From: an uncultured delta proteobacterium
GTDB taxonomy: Bacteria > Desulfobacterota > Desulfobaccia > Desulfobaccales > 0-14-0-80-60-11
NCBI GenBank assembly: GCA_963812015.1
Contig: CAWETI010000002.1
Location: 1,120,001-1,184,000 of the forward strand
Length of the DNA stretch: 64,000 nucleotides
Reading direction: 5' to 3'
A program made the translations under genes and the position numbers. Numbering within the stretch: the first letter of the stretch is position 1; each line of letters begins with the position of its first letter. Below, in pieces: positions 40,270-49,466 of this stretch. The notes below the pieces were generated by a model. The model saw nothing but the letters and a program-made list of their open reading frames with translations. It did not search any database and was not told the origin of the DNA.

Positions 40270-42870
40270 ATGGGTCTGTTCGATTTTTTCCGCCGCAAAA
40301 AGAGAGCCAACGCTGCTGCTCCCAAGCTGAGAGAAATCTGGTGCGGGTTCCAGGAGGTCCTGAGTTGCAATAACGAGGTCTTGGGCCTCATGGGGAACCT
40401 GGAAGAGATGCTGTCGGGGCAAAAGGGCCTGGACCTCCCCTATCTCAGCTCCCGGATTTGGCTCCTGGACCAGCATTCCGCCTCTATGGTGGCGGCCTTG
40501 CAAAAGATTTCCGGTTACAAATACGCGGAGTTGGAGGCGGCCCGGGAGCGGATCAAAAAGGCCGTCTACCAGCGACTGGAAGAAGCCTCGCCTTTCCCCG
40601 CCAGTCCCCTCATGGTGCGACTGGAAGATGCAAGCCCTGACCTGCTGGCGGCCCTGGGAGGCAAGGCCGGCAATCTGGCCCGGGTTAAGAACCAGTTGGA
40701 CCTGCCGGTGCCTGACGGGGTGGTGGCCACCCTCTCGGCCTATAAGCTCTTCATCGAGCAGGAGGCGCCGGGACAAGGCGATACCCTCCTGGGCCGGATC
40801 AAGGCCAGATTGGCCGCCCTGGACCTGGCAGACGCAGCCGGGGTGGGGCAGATTTCCCGGGAGATCCAGGACCTGGTCCTGGCCCAACCAATTCCCCCGG
40901 AACTGGCCGGCGCCCTGGTGCAGGAAGCCCGGCGCCTGTCCCCGGAAGGGGGCCAGACGCTCACGGTGCGGAGCAGCGGGGGCCGGGAAGATATCGGCCC
41001 CTCTTTTGCCGGCCAGTATGATTCCTTCCTGGGGGTGGCGCCGGAGGAGGTTCCCGGGCGCTGGCGCCAGGTGGTGGCCAGCCAGTTCGGGGAGCGGGCC
41101 ATTATATACTTCAAACTCCAGGGGTTGCTGTTAGAAGAGGCGGCCATGGGGGTCCTGATTCAGCGCCTGGTGCCGGCCCGGAGCGCCGGGGTCATGTTTA
41201 CTTCGGACGCGGTGGGCCGGGACTCTGAACACCTCATGGTCAGCGCCACCAGGGGTCTGGCCACCGATTTGCTGGCCGGCAAGACGAGCGCCGATGAGTA
41301 CGTGATCGACAAGGCGACCGGCCGCCTGGTCCAGGCGCGGTATGGCCGCAGCCCCTACCTGGTTCAGGTCCGGGAGGGACGGCTGGAGCAGGCGCCGGTG
41401 GCGCCGGAACTGGTGGAGGCCCCGGTGCTGGAGGATGCCGACCTGGAACGGCTGGCCTCCTATGCCCGGCTTTTAGAAGCCCAGTGCGGCTGTCTCCATT
41501 GTGTGGAGTGGGTCAAGGATGACCAGGGCGAAATCTTTATCGTGCAGTCCCGCCGCCTGTTATCCGCTGATCTGGCGCCAAGCTGCCCCCCGGGGGTGGC
41601 GGAGGCCGCGGCCGGGGCGCAGGTGCTCCTGAGTGGCCAGGTGGGCTCGCCCGGCGTGGCCGCAGGACCGGTCTTTCTCCTGAGGCCCGGACGCAGCCTA
41701 GCTGAAGTGCCTCCCACGGCGGTATTGGTGGCTGCCCAGGCCACCCCGGATTTGGCGCCGGCATTACCCCGGGTGGCCGCCCTCCTTACCGAAGTGGGCT
41801 CAATTACGGGACACCTGGTCCTGGTGGCTCGGGAATATAACGTGCCGACCCTGGTGGACGTCGTCGGGGCCGCAGACTTGCCCGAGGCAGAGGTGGTGAC
41901 GGTGGACGCCTACCACGGCAAGGTATATAAAGGCCGGGTAGAGGACCTGCTGCGGGATCAGACTCCCCGTGGCCGACAGCCCCATGACTCACCCGTCCTG
42001 GCCAGGGTTCAGGCAGTGGCCGACCTGATCATGCCTTTAAATCTGGTGGACCGCCGCAGCCCCCAGTTTCGCCCGGAGAATTGCCGCACCTATAACGATA
42101 TTATCCGATTTGCCCACGAGAAGGCCATGCAGGTCATGTTCGGGCTCATGGACGACGTGGCCCAGGGCCGGGTGCCGGCCCTCAGACTCCTGAAACTCAA
42201 GACCTCCCTGCCACTCAACCTCCATTTGGTGGACCTGGGGGATGGCCTGGCCAGCCACGAAACCCCGGTACCCCCCGAAGATATCCTGTCCCGGCCCATG
42301 CGGGCCTTGTGGCAGGGTATCAGCTATCCCAACATCACCTGGGCCGGTCCGGTGCCGGTGAATGTGGGGGGCTTTTTGCACGTGCTGGGGCAGTCGGCCA
42401 TCCGGCCCCCGGAAAAGTTCTGGGACAAGACTTACGCCATCGTGGCGGCCAACTACGTCAATTACGCCTGTCGCCTGGGGTATCACTTTCAGAGCGTGGA
42501 TAGCTATATCGGGGACGTGCCCGCCAATAACTATATCAACTTCACCTTCAAGGGGGGGGCGGCGGACGATACCCGGCGCATCCGCCGCATCCGGCTCATC
42601 GCCACGGTGTTGGAGCGTTTGGGCTTTACCATGGAGATTTTCGGCGATGTGATCCGGGCCCGCTTCCGCCGACATCCGGCCCCGGAGATGGAGAACCGGC
42701 TGGATCTCGTGGGCCGCCTGATGGCTTACGTGCGACAGATGGATATGATCATGGAGGATGACAACATCAGTCAGGTCCTGGCGGAACGCTTCCTGGAGGG
42801 CCACTATGAACGGCCGGGGCAGGAGGACGAAACCGGGGAGGCCAGCAATCAGCCGGCGGGGTCACCTTAA
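40270..42870 (+). CDS. PEP synthase/PPDK-like protein C
   Basis: GGKAGNL, VRSSGGRED..SFAGQY, VEW, VQSR, GSITGHLVLVARE, and C-terminal RLGYHF...FKGGAA. Confidence 0.9.
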   Translation: MGLFDFFRRKKRANAAAPKLREIWCGFQEVLSCNNEVLGLMGNLEEMLSGQKGLDLPYLSSRIWLLDQHSASMVAALQKISGYKYAELEAARERIKKAVYQRLEEASPFPASPLMVRLEDASPDLLAALGGKAGNLARVKNQLDLPVPDGVVATLSAYKLFIEQEAPGQGDTLLGRIKARLAALDLADAAGVGQISREIQDLVLAQPIPPELAGALVQEARRLSPEGGQTLTVRSSGGREDIGPSFAGQYDSFLGVAPEEVPGRWRQVVASQFGERAIIYFKLQGLLLEEAAMGVLIQRLVPARSAGVMFTSDAVGRDSEHLMVSATRGLATDLLAGKTSADEYVIDKATGRLVQARYGRSPYLVQVREGRLEQAPVAPELVEAPVLEDADLERLASYARLLEAQCGCLHCVEWVKDDQGEIFIVQSRRLLSADLAPSCPPGVAEAAAGAQVLLSGQVGSPGVAAGPVFLLRPGRSLAEVPPTAVLVAAQATPDLAPALPRVAALLTEVGSITGHLVLVAREYNVPTLVDVVGAADLPEAEVVTVDAYHGKVYKGRVEDLLRDQTPRGRQPHDSPVLARVQAVADLIMPLNLVDRRSPQFRPENCRTYNDIIRFAHEKAMQVMFGLMDDVAQGRVPALRLLKLKTSLPLNLHLVDLGDGLASHETPVPPEDILSRPMRALWQGISYPNITWAGPVPVNVGGFLHVLGQSAIRPPEKFWDKTYAIVAANYVNYACRLGYHFQSVDSYIGDVPANNYINFTFKGGAADDTRRIRRIRLIATVLERLGFTMEIFGDVIRARFRRHPAPEMENRLDLVGRLMAYVRQMDMIMEDDNISQVLAERFLEGHYERPGQEDETGEASNQPAGSP

Positions 42871-42891
42871 CCAACCCTGGTAATCCGAGGC

Positions 42892-43752
42892 GTGGAAAAA
42901 ATTATGGACATATACCCGGCGCTGGTTTGTCCCGCCAGATGGGACAAGTTGATGGTGTGCACCGATGCTTCCGGCGAGGGGCAAAACGCGGTGGCGGTTA
43001 CTCTAGAACTGGCCAAAGCCTGCGGCAGCCAGGTTTTCGCCGTGCAGGTGCTGGAAATCGTCCCGGAATTCCAGGCGGTCGCTCCGGATCTCAGGGCCAT
43101 CCTGGGAAAGGAAGTGGAGAAAAATATGGCGGCCATCGAGGCCGCGGCCACCAAACTGGGGGTGCGCCTCCAACCGCTGGTGCCGGAGGGCCAGTTGGCC
43201 CATGTCGCCATTCTGCAGGCCGCCGAGCAGGTGGGCCCCGACCTGATCATCCTGGGCCGGTGCGGAAAAACCGCCCTGGGCCGCATCTTGATGGGCAATG
43301 TCACCGCCCGGGTCATCGGCCACAGCCCGGTAAACGTCCTGGTGGTGCCCCGGGGGGCGGCGGTGGCTTTCCAACGGATTCTGGTCGCCTCGGATGGCTC
43401 CCCGTACAGCCGGGCGGCCTGGGAACTCGGCCTGTCCATGGCTAAACAGGCGAACAGCCAGTTGATCGGGGTGGCGGTGGCGGCGGAGGAAGGCGATATC
43501 ACTGAAACCAGGGCCATCATCGGCCAGATGCTCAGCGCCGCCGACGAGGCCGGGGTGCCCTTTAAAGGGGTTAATCCCCAGGGAGTCGCTCCCGATACCG
43601 GCATCGTCCAGCAGGCCATCAAAAATGAGGTGGACCTGATCATCATGGGCAGCTACGGCCGCACCGGTTTGAAGAAGCTCCTCATGGGGAGCGTTGCCGA
43701 ACGGGTTATCGGCGGCTCCCCCTGTCCCATCTTGGTGGTTAAGAAGGAGTAA
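42892..43752 (+). CDS. Universal stress protein (tandem domains)
   Basis: Two DLIIxGxxGxT..LMGxV..RVI..SP motifs. Confidence 0.92.
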   Translation: MEKIMDIYPALVCPARWDKLMVCTDASGEGQNAVAVTLELAKACGSQVFAVQVLEIVPEFQAVAPDLRAILGKEVEKNMAAIEAAATKLGVRLQPLVPEGQLAHVAILQAAEQVGPDLIILGRCGKTALGRILMGNVTARVIGHSPVNVLVVPRGAAVAFQRILVASDGSPYSRAAWELGLSMAKQANSQLIGVAVAAEEGDITETRAIIGQMLSAADEAGVPFKGVNPQGVAPDTGIVQQAIKNEVDLIIMGSYGRTGLKKLLMGSVAERVIGGSPCPILVVKKE

Positions 43753-43899
43753 AGGGAGGGTCGATTCTGGTTGGGGGTTTTCCCAATCAGGGAAAGGCGC
43801 CGCCCCGGCAGGGCAGGATGTTTTCGGGTCAGGAGAGCGCTTGGCCGCCGAAAACCGAAAACGGTATTTTAACGGTTAATCACCATCTGGAGAAAAACT

Positions 43900-44766
43900 A
43901 TGTCTGCCACAAGCCCCGCACCCCATTTTCCTAAAGTCCTGGTGTGCACCGACGGGTCCCCCGACAGCGAGGGGGCCATCACCGCCGCCCTGCACCTGGC
44001 CCAAACTGCCGGAAGCACGGTCTTTCTCCTGGAGGTGCTCTACTACCTGGCGGGATATGAGCTGCAGTCGCCGGACACCCTGGCGCCGCCGCTGGTCAAT
44101 CTGGAGCTGATGGAGGCGCAGGAGGCGGCGGTCAAGGAGCGTTTGGCGGCCCGGCAAGCGGCGGCGGCCAAGCTGGGGGTCAGCCTGGAGGCTCGGATCC
44201 GCACCAGTGGCTCGGCCTATGAGGGCATTTTGGAAGAGGCCGGTGAGCTCCAGCCTGACCTGATCATCATGGGCCGCCACGGCTATTCCGGCCTGACCCG
44301 GCTGCTCATGGGGAGCGTCACCGCCCGGGTCATCGGCCACAGCCCCTGCCCCGTTCTGGTGGTGCCCCAGGGGGCCAGCTTAAATTTTCAGTGTCTCTTG
44401 ATCGCCAGCGATGAGTCGCCCTACAGCGAGGCCGCCTGGGCGGAAGCCCTGGCCCTGGCCAAGACCATGGGCAGCTCCTTGATCGGGGTGTCGGTGGCCG
44501 CGACTGACGGAGACATTCCGGCGGCCACCCAGGTGGTCCGGAGCCTGGAGATGGCGGCGGAAGCCCAGGGGATCGCCCTGGACACCATGATTCCCATGGG
44601 CCGGCCGGAAGAGGGCATTGTCAAGGCGGCGGAGTTCAAGCAGGCCAGCCTCATCATCGTCGGCAGCCACGGCCGCACCGGCCTGAAACGACTTCTTATG
44701 GGCTCCGTGGCGGAACGGGTCATCGGCCACGCCAAATGCCCGGTCCTGGTGGTGAAGAAGAAGTAG
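43900..44766 (+). CDS. Universal stress protein (tandem domains), paralog of the preceding gene
   Basis: Two USP motifs; shares GTCACCGCCCGGGTCATCGGCCACAGCCC with the upstream paralog. Confidence 0.92.
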   Translation: MSATSPAPHFPKVLVCTDGSPDSEGAITAALHLAQTAGSTVFLLEVLYYLAGYELQSPDTLAPPLVNLELMEAQEAAVKERLAARQAAAAKLGVSLEARIRTSGSAYEGILEEAGELQPDLIIMGRHGYSGLTRLLMGSVTARVIGHSPCPVLVVPQGASLNFQCLLIASDESPYSEAAWAEALALAKTMGSSLIGVSVAATDGDIPAATQVVRSLEMAAEAQGIALDTMIPMGRPEEGIVKAAEFKQASLIIVGSHGRTGLKRLLMGSVAERVIGHAKCPVLVVKKK

Positions 44767-45347
44767 CGGTCAGCGGTTAGTGGATGAGTTGGTTGTAAGT
44801 AGTGGGGTGCGCCATGCGCAGCCTATAAATACTATGATGAGAGAAATTTTTTAACAATATCCTTCAGATTGCCGATAATGCCAATGTAGCTACGCATCAC
44901 TTATGCCTTCCGCAGGCAGATTAGCTACCCAAAATTCACCTAAAAGTCAGCCACATCTTTCCTCGTCTATGAAGGGGAATGTGCTTGCCGCCTCGCTCTC
45001 AACTCTGGTTATGCATTGCCAGGGGGTGCTGGGCTGAATTCTAAGGATGGAACTCATTGATCTACCCGGTACCCTATGCTCCGGTATGCCTGAAATCTTG
45101 AGGGGAAAAAATTCTTAAAAAAATTTTGGCTAACCTGCCACCCGCTAGACAGGTTGGCTTCGAGAAAAGGGGCGTTTTAGAGGTTAAACTCGGGAGAAGG
45201 CCCCCCTCGTGCTAATTTGGGACGGACCCCCCCCAAGGCTGCCGCATAATCTGGGTTCAATTTAAGTCAATGCATCTAAAGGGGAGTAAATTAAGTAATA
45301 AATTATCAATTTCATCCTTTGATAGATAAGAGGTTAGCCATTACGGC

Positions 45348-47882
45348 ATGAAAATACTTATAGGATTAATAGAACACCTTGACGATATTGTTGCATGTGA
45401 GCCAGTGTCGCGTTATTTGAAGGCAAAATATGATAATGCAAATATTGCATGGGCAGTTTCAAAACCTTACGTAGAGCTCATAGATTCAAATCCAAATATA
45501 GATAAGACCATTATTATGGATTGCCTAACTGACTGGATAAAGCATATAAAACATTCAAAATATAATTATATTGTGGATTTACATGTAAATTATAGAATTT
45601 GCCAGCATTGTAATATTCCTTTATTCAAAACAACGGGAAATCCGTTTGTTAATGTATACGAATGGTTTGATTATGGATCTTTACTTGAAGCGTTCTCCGT
45701 TGGTGCTGGGCTTCCAAAATTATGCGAACAACCTATAGTATATATACAAAAAAGCCATGTCGAGGCGGTTAATAAGTTGGGAATCGATGGGGACTATGTA
45801 GTTATTCATCGGCAATCTAATGACATAAACAAGGAGTGGCCAAATACAAAATGGGACTATGTGATAAAAAAAATCATAGATGAATTTGATCTGACTGTGG
45901 TAGAGGTCGGGAGCAACTTAAAATATAAGTTAGGATTTACTGACAAGTCATATATTAACTTATCGAATAAAACGAGTATGTTAGAGTGCGCTGAGGTAAT
46001 TAGCCGAGCCCGCCTGTTCGTCGGAGTAGATAGTGGACCGGCTCATTTAGCTAACGCCGTAAATACCAAGGGAGTGATACTGCTTGGAACCCTTGGATAC
46101 TTCAAATCATATAATCCGTTCTGCGGTGGATATGGAGAAAAAGGGAAAAATGTAAATTTGGTAAGAAATCTTTCTGGTCCAGTACAAAATATTTCTAAAA
46201 AAGATGTAGTAAATGCGATAAGCGTTATATTATCAAATAATGATCACAATAAGTGTACTGTTTCGAATTATATTTTTGATGCGACACTACAAAATGGAAA
46301 AAATACTATAAATCCAGTAGAAACTAATAATGTTGTTCTTAGTCAATCGAATTCGGAAGATAACCCTAATTATCCAAGGGTATTGGCATTTTATTTGCCT
46401 CAATTTTATCCAATTCCTGAGAATGATGCGGCCTGGGGAAAAGGTTTTACCGAATGGACCAATGTAATGCGAGCAGCGCCATTATTTGCCGGTCATTATC
46501 AACCTCGCTTACCGGGAGAGCTTGGTTTCTACGATCTCCGTTTTCCTGAGGTTATCGAAAAGCAGGTTGCGTTGGCCATTGAGCATGGCATTTCGGGATT
46601 TTGTTTTTATTATTATTATTTCAATGGAAAGAGACTTTTATATAAGCCAATAGAAATTTTCATAAAAAATGGAATCAAATTTCCTTTTTGTTTTGTATGG
46701 GCAAATGAAAACTGGACAAAAAAATGGGATGGTGGCAACGAAGAGATAATTATAGCCCAAACGTATTCACGAGAAGATAACATAAAATTTATTCGCGGCC
46801 TACTTCCTATATTAAAAAATGACTCGTATATAAAAATTAACGGCAAACCACTACTGCTTGTTTACAAAACACACTTGATTCCTGATATAAGAAAAGCAGC
46901 GGAGCAATGGAGAACTGAAGTAAAACAGGCAGGATTAGAAGGGATTTACTTGGTGCATGTAGATGACTGGTTTGGATTTAAGAGTATACACCCTAGAGAT
47001 ATTGCATTTGACGCATCATATGAGATACCAAGTAACATCATTCCAGATTCTGTTAAGATCAACAGAAACTCGTTCGAATTTTATAATAAATATTATGGAA
47101 CCCTTGTAAATTATGAGAAATTTGCAAGATTTCATATGGATAGGCCCTTCCATAAATATAAAAAATATAAAACTGTAATGCTTCCTTGGGATAATACTGC
47201 CAGGTATGGAAATAAAGCAATAATTAATTTGGACTCATTTGGAGAATATTATAAAAAATGGCTTTTGCACGCCTACGTTGATACTTATAGAAGGTATCAA
47301 GGAGATGAAAGATTGATATTTATTCATTCATGGAATGAGTGGTGCGAAGGAACCTATTTAGAGCCGGATCAAAAGAATGGGAGAAAATATTTGGAGGTAA
47401 CAAAGGAAACCATAAATATAGCTAAACAGATCATAGCGATCGGTGCCAATAAAGAAATAAAAATAGACGGGGCACATGGTTTGTATGAATATATTAACCA
47501 AAAAGAAGAAAGTGTACATAGAGTGTGGAACATGATTATGCAACAGGAAAATAGGCATCAAAATTGGGAGACGCCCGTGCAACTACAGAAAGATGAAGTA
47601 ATAATGCCGAAGATGTACAAAAAAAAACTAAAAAATATTTTATTCTTAAAAGCCTTACGTGAAAACACAAAGATAAAAAAGTTGGTATTCGGCACTAGCT
47701 ATGGGTTCCCCCTGCGATGGTTGTGGGCTTTGTTAAGAATATCAAATACTAAATGGCGTATTTGGTCTGTGGAAAATCAAGTAACGGTTTTGCAGGATTG
47801 GCAATGTGAGTTAGGGTTTGTATTAAAGTCACAAATAAGCGCGTTTAATGAGCAAATAGAAAATCGACTGAAGATTTTATAA
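45348..47882 (+). CDS. Multidomain glycan enzyme: GT9 (heptosyltransferase-like) plus WbsX/GH99-like domain
   Basis: GT9 motifs KEWP and FVGVDSGPAHLANA; WbsX-like motifs AFYLPQFYPIPEND.WGKGFTEW and SWNEWCEGTYLEPD. AT-rich. Confidence 0.88.
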   Translation: MKILIGLIEHLDDIVACEPVSRYLKAKYDNANIAWAVSKPYVELIDSNPNIDKTIIMDCLTDWIKHIKHSKYNYIVDLHVNYRICQHCNIPLFKTTGNPFVNVYEWFDYGSLLEAFSVGAGLPKLCEQPIVYIQKSHVEAVNKLGIDGDYVVIHRQSNDINKEWPNTKWDYVIKKIIDEFDLTVVEVGSNLKYKLGFTDKSYINLSNKTSMLECAEVISRARLFVGVDSGPAHLANAVNTKGVILLGTLGYFKSYNPFCGGYGEKGKNVNLVRNLSGPVQNISKKDVVNAISVILSNNDHNKCTVSNYIFDATLQNGKNTINPVETNNVVLSQSNSEDNPNYPRVLAFYLPQFYPIPENDAAWGKGFTEWTNVMRAAPLFAGHYQPRLPGELGFYDLRFPEVIEKQVALAIEHGISGFCFYYYYFNGKRLLYKPIEIFIKNGIKFPFCFVWANENWTKKWDGGNEEIIIAQTYSREDNIKFIRGLLPILKNDSYIKINGKPLLLVYKTHLIPDIRKAAEQWRTEVKQAGLEGIYLVHVDDWFGFKSIHPRDIAFDASYEIPSNIIPDSVKINRNSFEFYNKYYGTLVNYEKFARFHMDRPFHKYKKYKTVMLPWDNTARYGNKAIINLDSFGEYYKKWLLHAYVDTYRRYQGDERLIFIHSWNEWCEGTYLEPDQKNGRKYLEVTKETINIAKQIIAIGANKEIKIDGAHGLYEYINQKEESVHRVWNMIMQQENRHQNWETPVQLQKDEVIMPKMYKKKLKNILFLKALRENTKIKKLVFGTSYGFPLRWLWALLRISNTKWRIWSVENQVTVLQDWQCELGFVLKSQISAFNEQIENRLKIL

Positions 47883-48635
47883 GATGGTTTTAAAGATTTA
47901 ACTGAGGTCAGATCGCAATCTCTTCCTTTTGCATGGGAAATACAGCCAGATCCCTTTCTTACTCGTGCTGAACAACGCATTGGTCGTGCCGTCGCTTCAT
48001 TGAATATTACTGAGAAAAATGGTTTGTTTTATTCTTACTATAGCGAAATATGTGGTGAGGATTACGAGGAGAAGCTACAAAAGCAATATGAAGCGTATTT
48101 GCCGTATCTTCCAACTGATTTGCCTTATTTATTTATCGATATAGGCTGTGGGGCCGGCGAATTTGTGGCCTTTCTTAATAAAAATGGTATTCGTGCAATG
48201 GGGGTGGATAGAGAAACAAGTGAAGTTAATCGTGCCCGTGCACGCGATATAGAGGTAATCCCATCGGATGGCCTATCTTTTTTAAAAAAATCGAATGAAC
48301 CGCTTGGGGGGGTTTCTCTTTTAGAGGTGATTGAGCATTTTCCGCAGAAAGATATATTTAATCTTATCCAGTTAGCTGCTAGCCGGTTGGTTTCTGGAGG
48401 GGTGATATTAATTGAGTCTCTTAATGCCCGTCATCCATATTTGTCTCATGGCTTTTATACTGATCCTACCCATATTCGTCCGGTAACTGATGAATATGTT
48501 GCTTTCTTGATGCAATGGGCCGGATTAGTTGATTTACACTTAGTGTTTACAGTTCCAGCTCCAGTGACTGATATAGCACCAAGCGATCTTTTAAGAAATT
48601 ATTGGTGTTATGCTATCATAGGTAGAAAACCATGA
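47883..48635 (+). pseudogene. Class I SAM methyltransferase domain, in frame with the upstream gene behind one TAA
   Basis: IDIGCGAGEF, EVIEH and FYTDPTHIRP motifs. The frame is open from 47883. The TTG start at 48000 has no evident RBS. Confidence 0.7.
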
Positions 48636-48712
48636 GAAAACACTTCCTATGCCGATTTCTCTATAAATTGATTGAACATTGAAAGACTCAACCTTCTTGA
48701 AATCAAACAAAA

Positions 48713-49174
48713 TTAAATTTTTTTAGAGGGTTTGAAACTCTCACCGAAGGCCGCGGTAATTCCTTCCGGTAATTCCCGGGCCTTCCATTCCGGGCCGATG
48801 GCCACCAGGGTAGCGGTGCCTTCGGCCAGGAGTTCCCGGCCGGTCTCCGGGTAAAAATCGAAGCGGAACACGATGGCCTTCGCCCGCACCTCATGGACGC
48901 GGGTCTCGATCCGCAACAAATCCCCATAGATACTGGGACGCCGGAAGCGGCCCCAGGCCTCGACGATGGGCAGGCCGAACCCCTCCCGGACGTTCTTAAA
49001 AGTCGTTTCGGGCGGCAGGCCGCAGGCCCGCAAGAATTCTTCGATGGCCCGGTGGCAATAGCGGAAATAGCTGACGAAATAGACGATGCCGTAAGGGTCG
49101 GTGTCCCCGAAGCGCACCCTTACTTCGGTGTGATGGACGCGGAGTTCCAAAGGTGAGTTCTGCCGGAGGGTCAT
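48713..49174 (-). CDS. Acyl-CoA thioesterase (4HBT/YbgC hotdog family)
   Basis: VRFGDTDPYGIVY...YFRY motif. Confidence 0.9.
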   Translation of the reverse strand: MTLRQNSPLELRVHHTEVRVRFGDTDPYGIVYFVSYFRYCHRAIEEFLRACGLPPETTFKNVREGFGLPIVEAWGRFRRPSIYGDLLRIETRVHEVRAKAIVFRFDFYPETGRELLAEGTATLVAIGPEWKARELPEGITAAFGESFKPSKKI

Positions 49175-49405
49175 AGCGGTTGCCTCTTTTTTAGCTGTCG
49201 TTACCTGTTTTTAAACCGAAAACCGAAAACAGGAAACTGAAAACCGCATGAGAGGATTATTTCACCTATTCCGGTTGACAGTCGGCGAAAAAGCACATAA
49301 CCTGCCCCAGTCCCTCACCATTGCCCCGGTCGGCACAGGGGAGCGGGAGAGAAGGCGTCAGGGCCGCCAGGTCCCCTATCCCACAACCTGGTCATTAAAG
49401 TGAAC

Positions 49406-49441
49406 AAAAGGACCGGGGAAGCGGATTCCCCGGTCTTTTTT
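49406..49441. terminator. Bidirectional intrinsic terminator
   Basis: AAAAG-GACCGGGGAA-gcgga-TTCCCCGGTC-TTTTTT. Confidence 0.8.
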
Positions 49442-49466
49442 CCCCTTCGGAGGTCTTGCCGTAAAT

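Noticed and set aside
27778..42870. Calling the three PPDK-like genes ppsA
   Set aside because: The PEP/pyruvate-binding barrel is not recognisable and one copy lacks ATP-grasp residues, so the symbol was withheld.
45239..45266. CTGCCGCATAA resembling a XerC arm at the edge of the AT-rich island
   Set aside because: The partner arm TTCAATTTAAG is a poor match to XerD.
49209..49246. (AAAACCG)n heptamer-like run; similar short runs near 43851 and 44765
   Set aside because: Only a few degenerate units; ordinary short intergenic repeat with no spacers.
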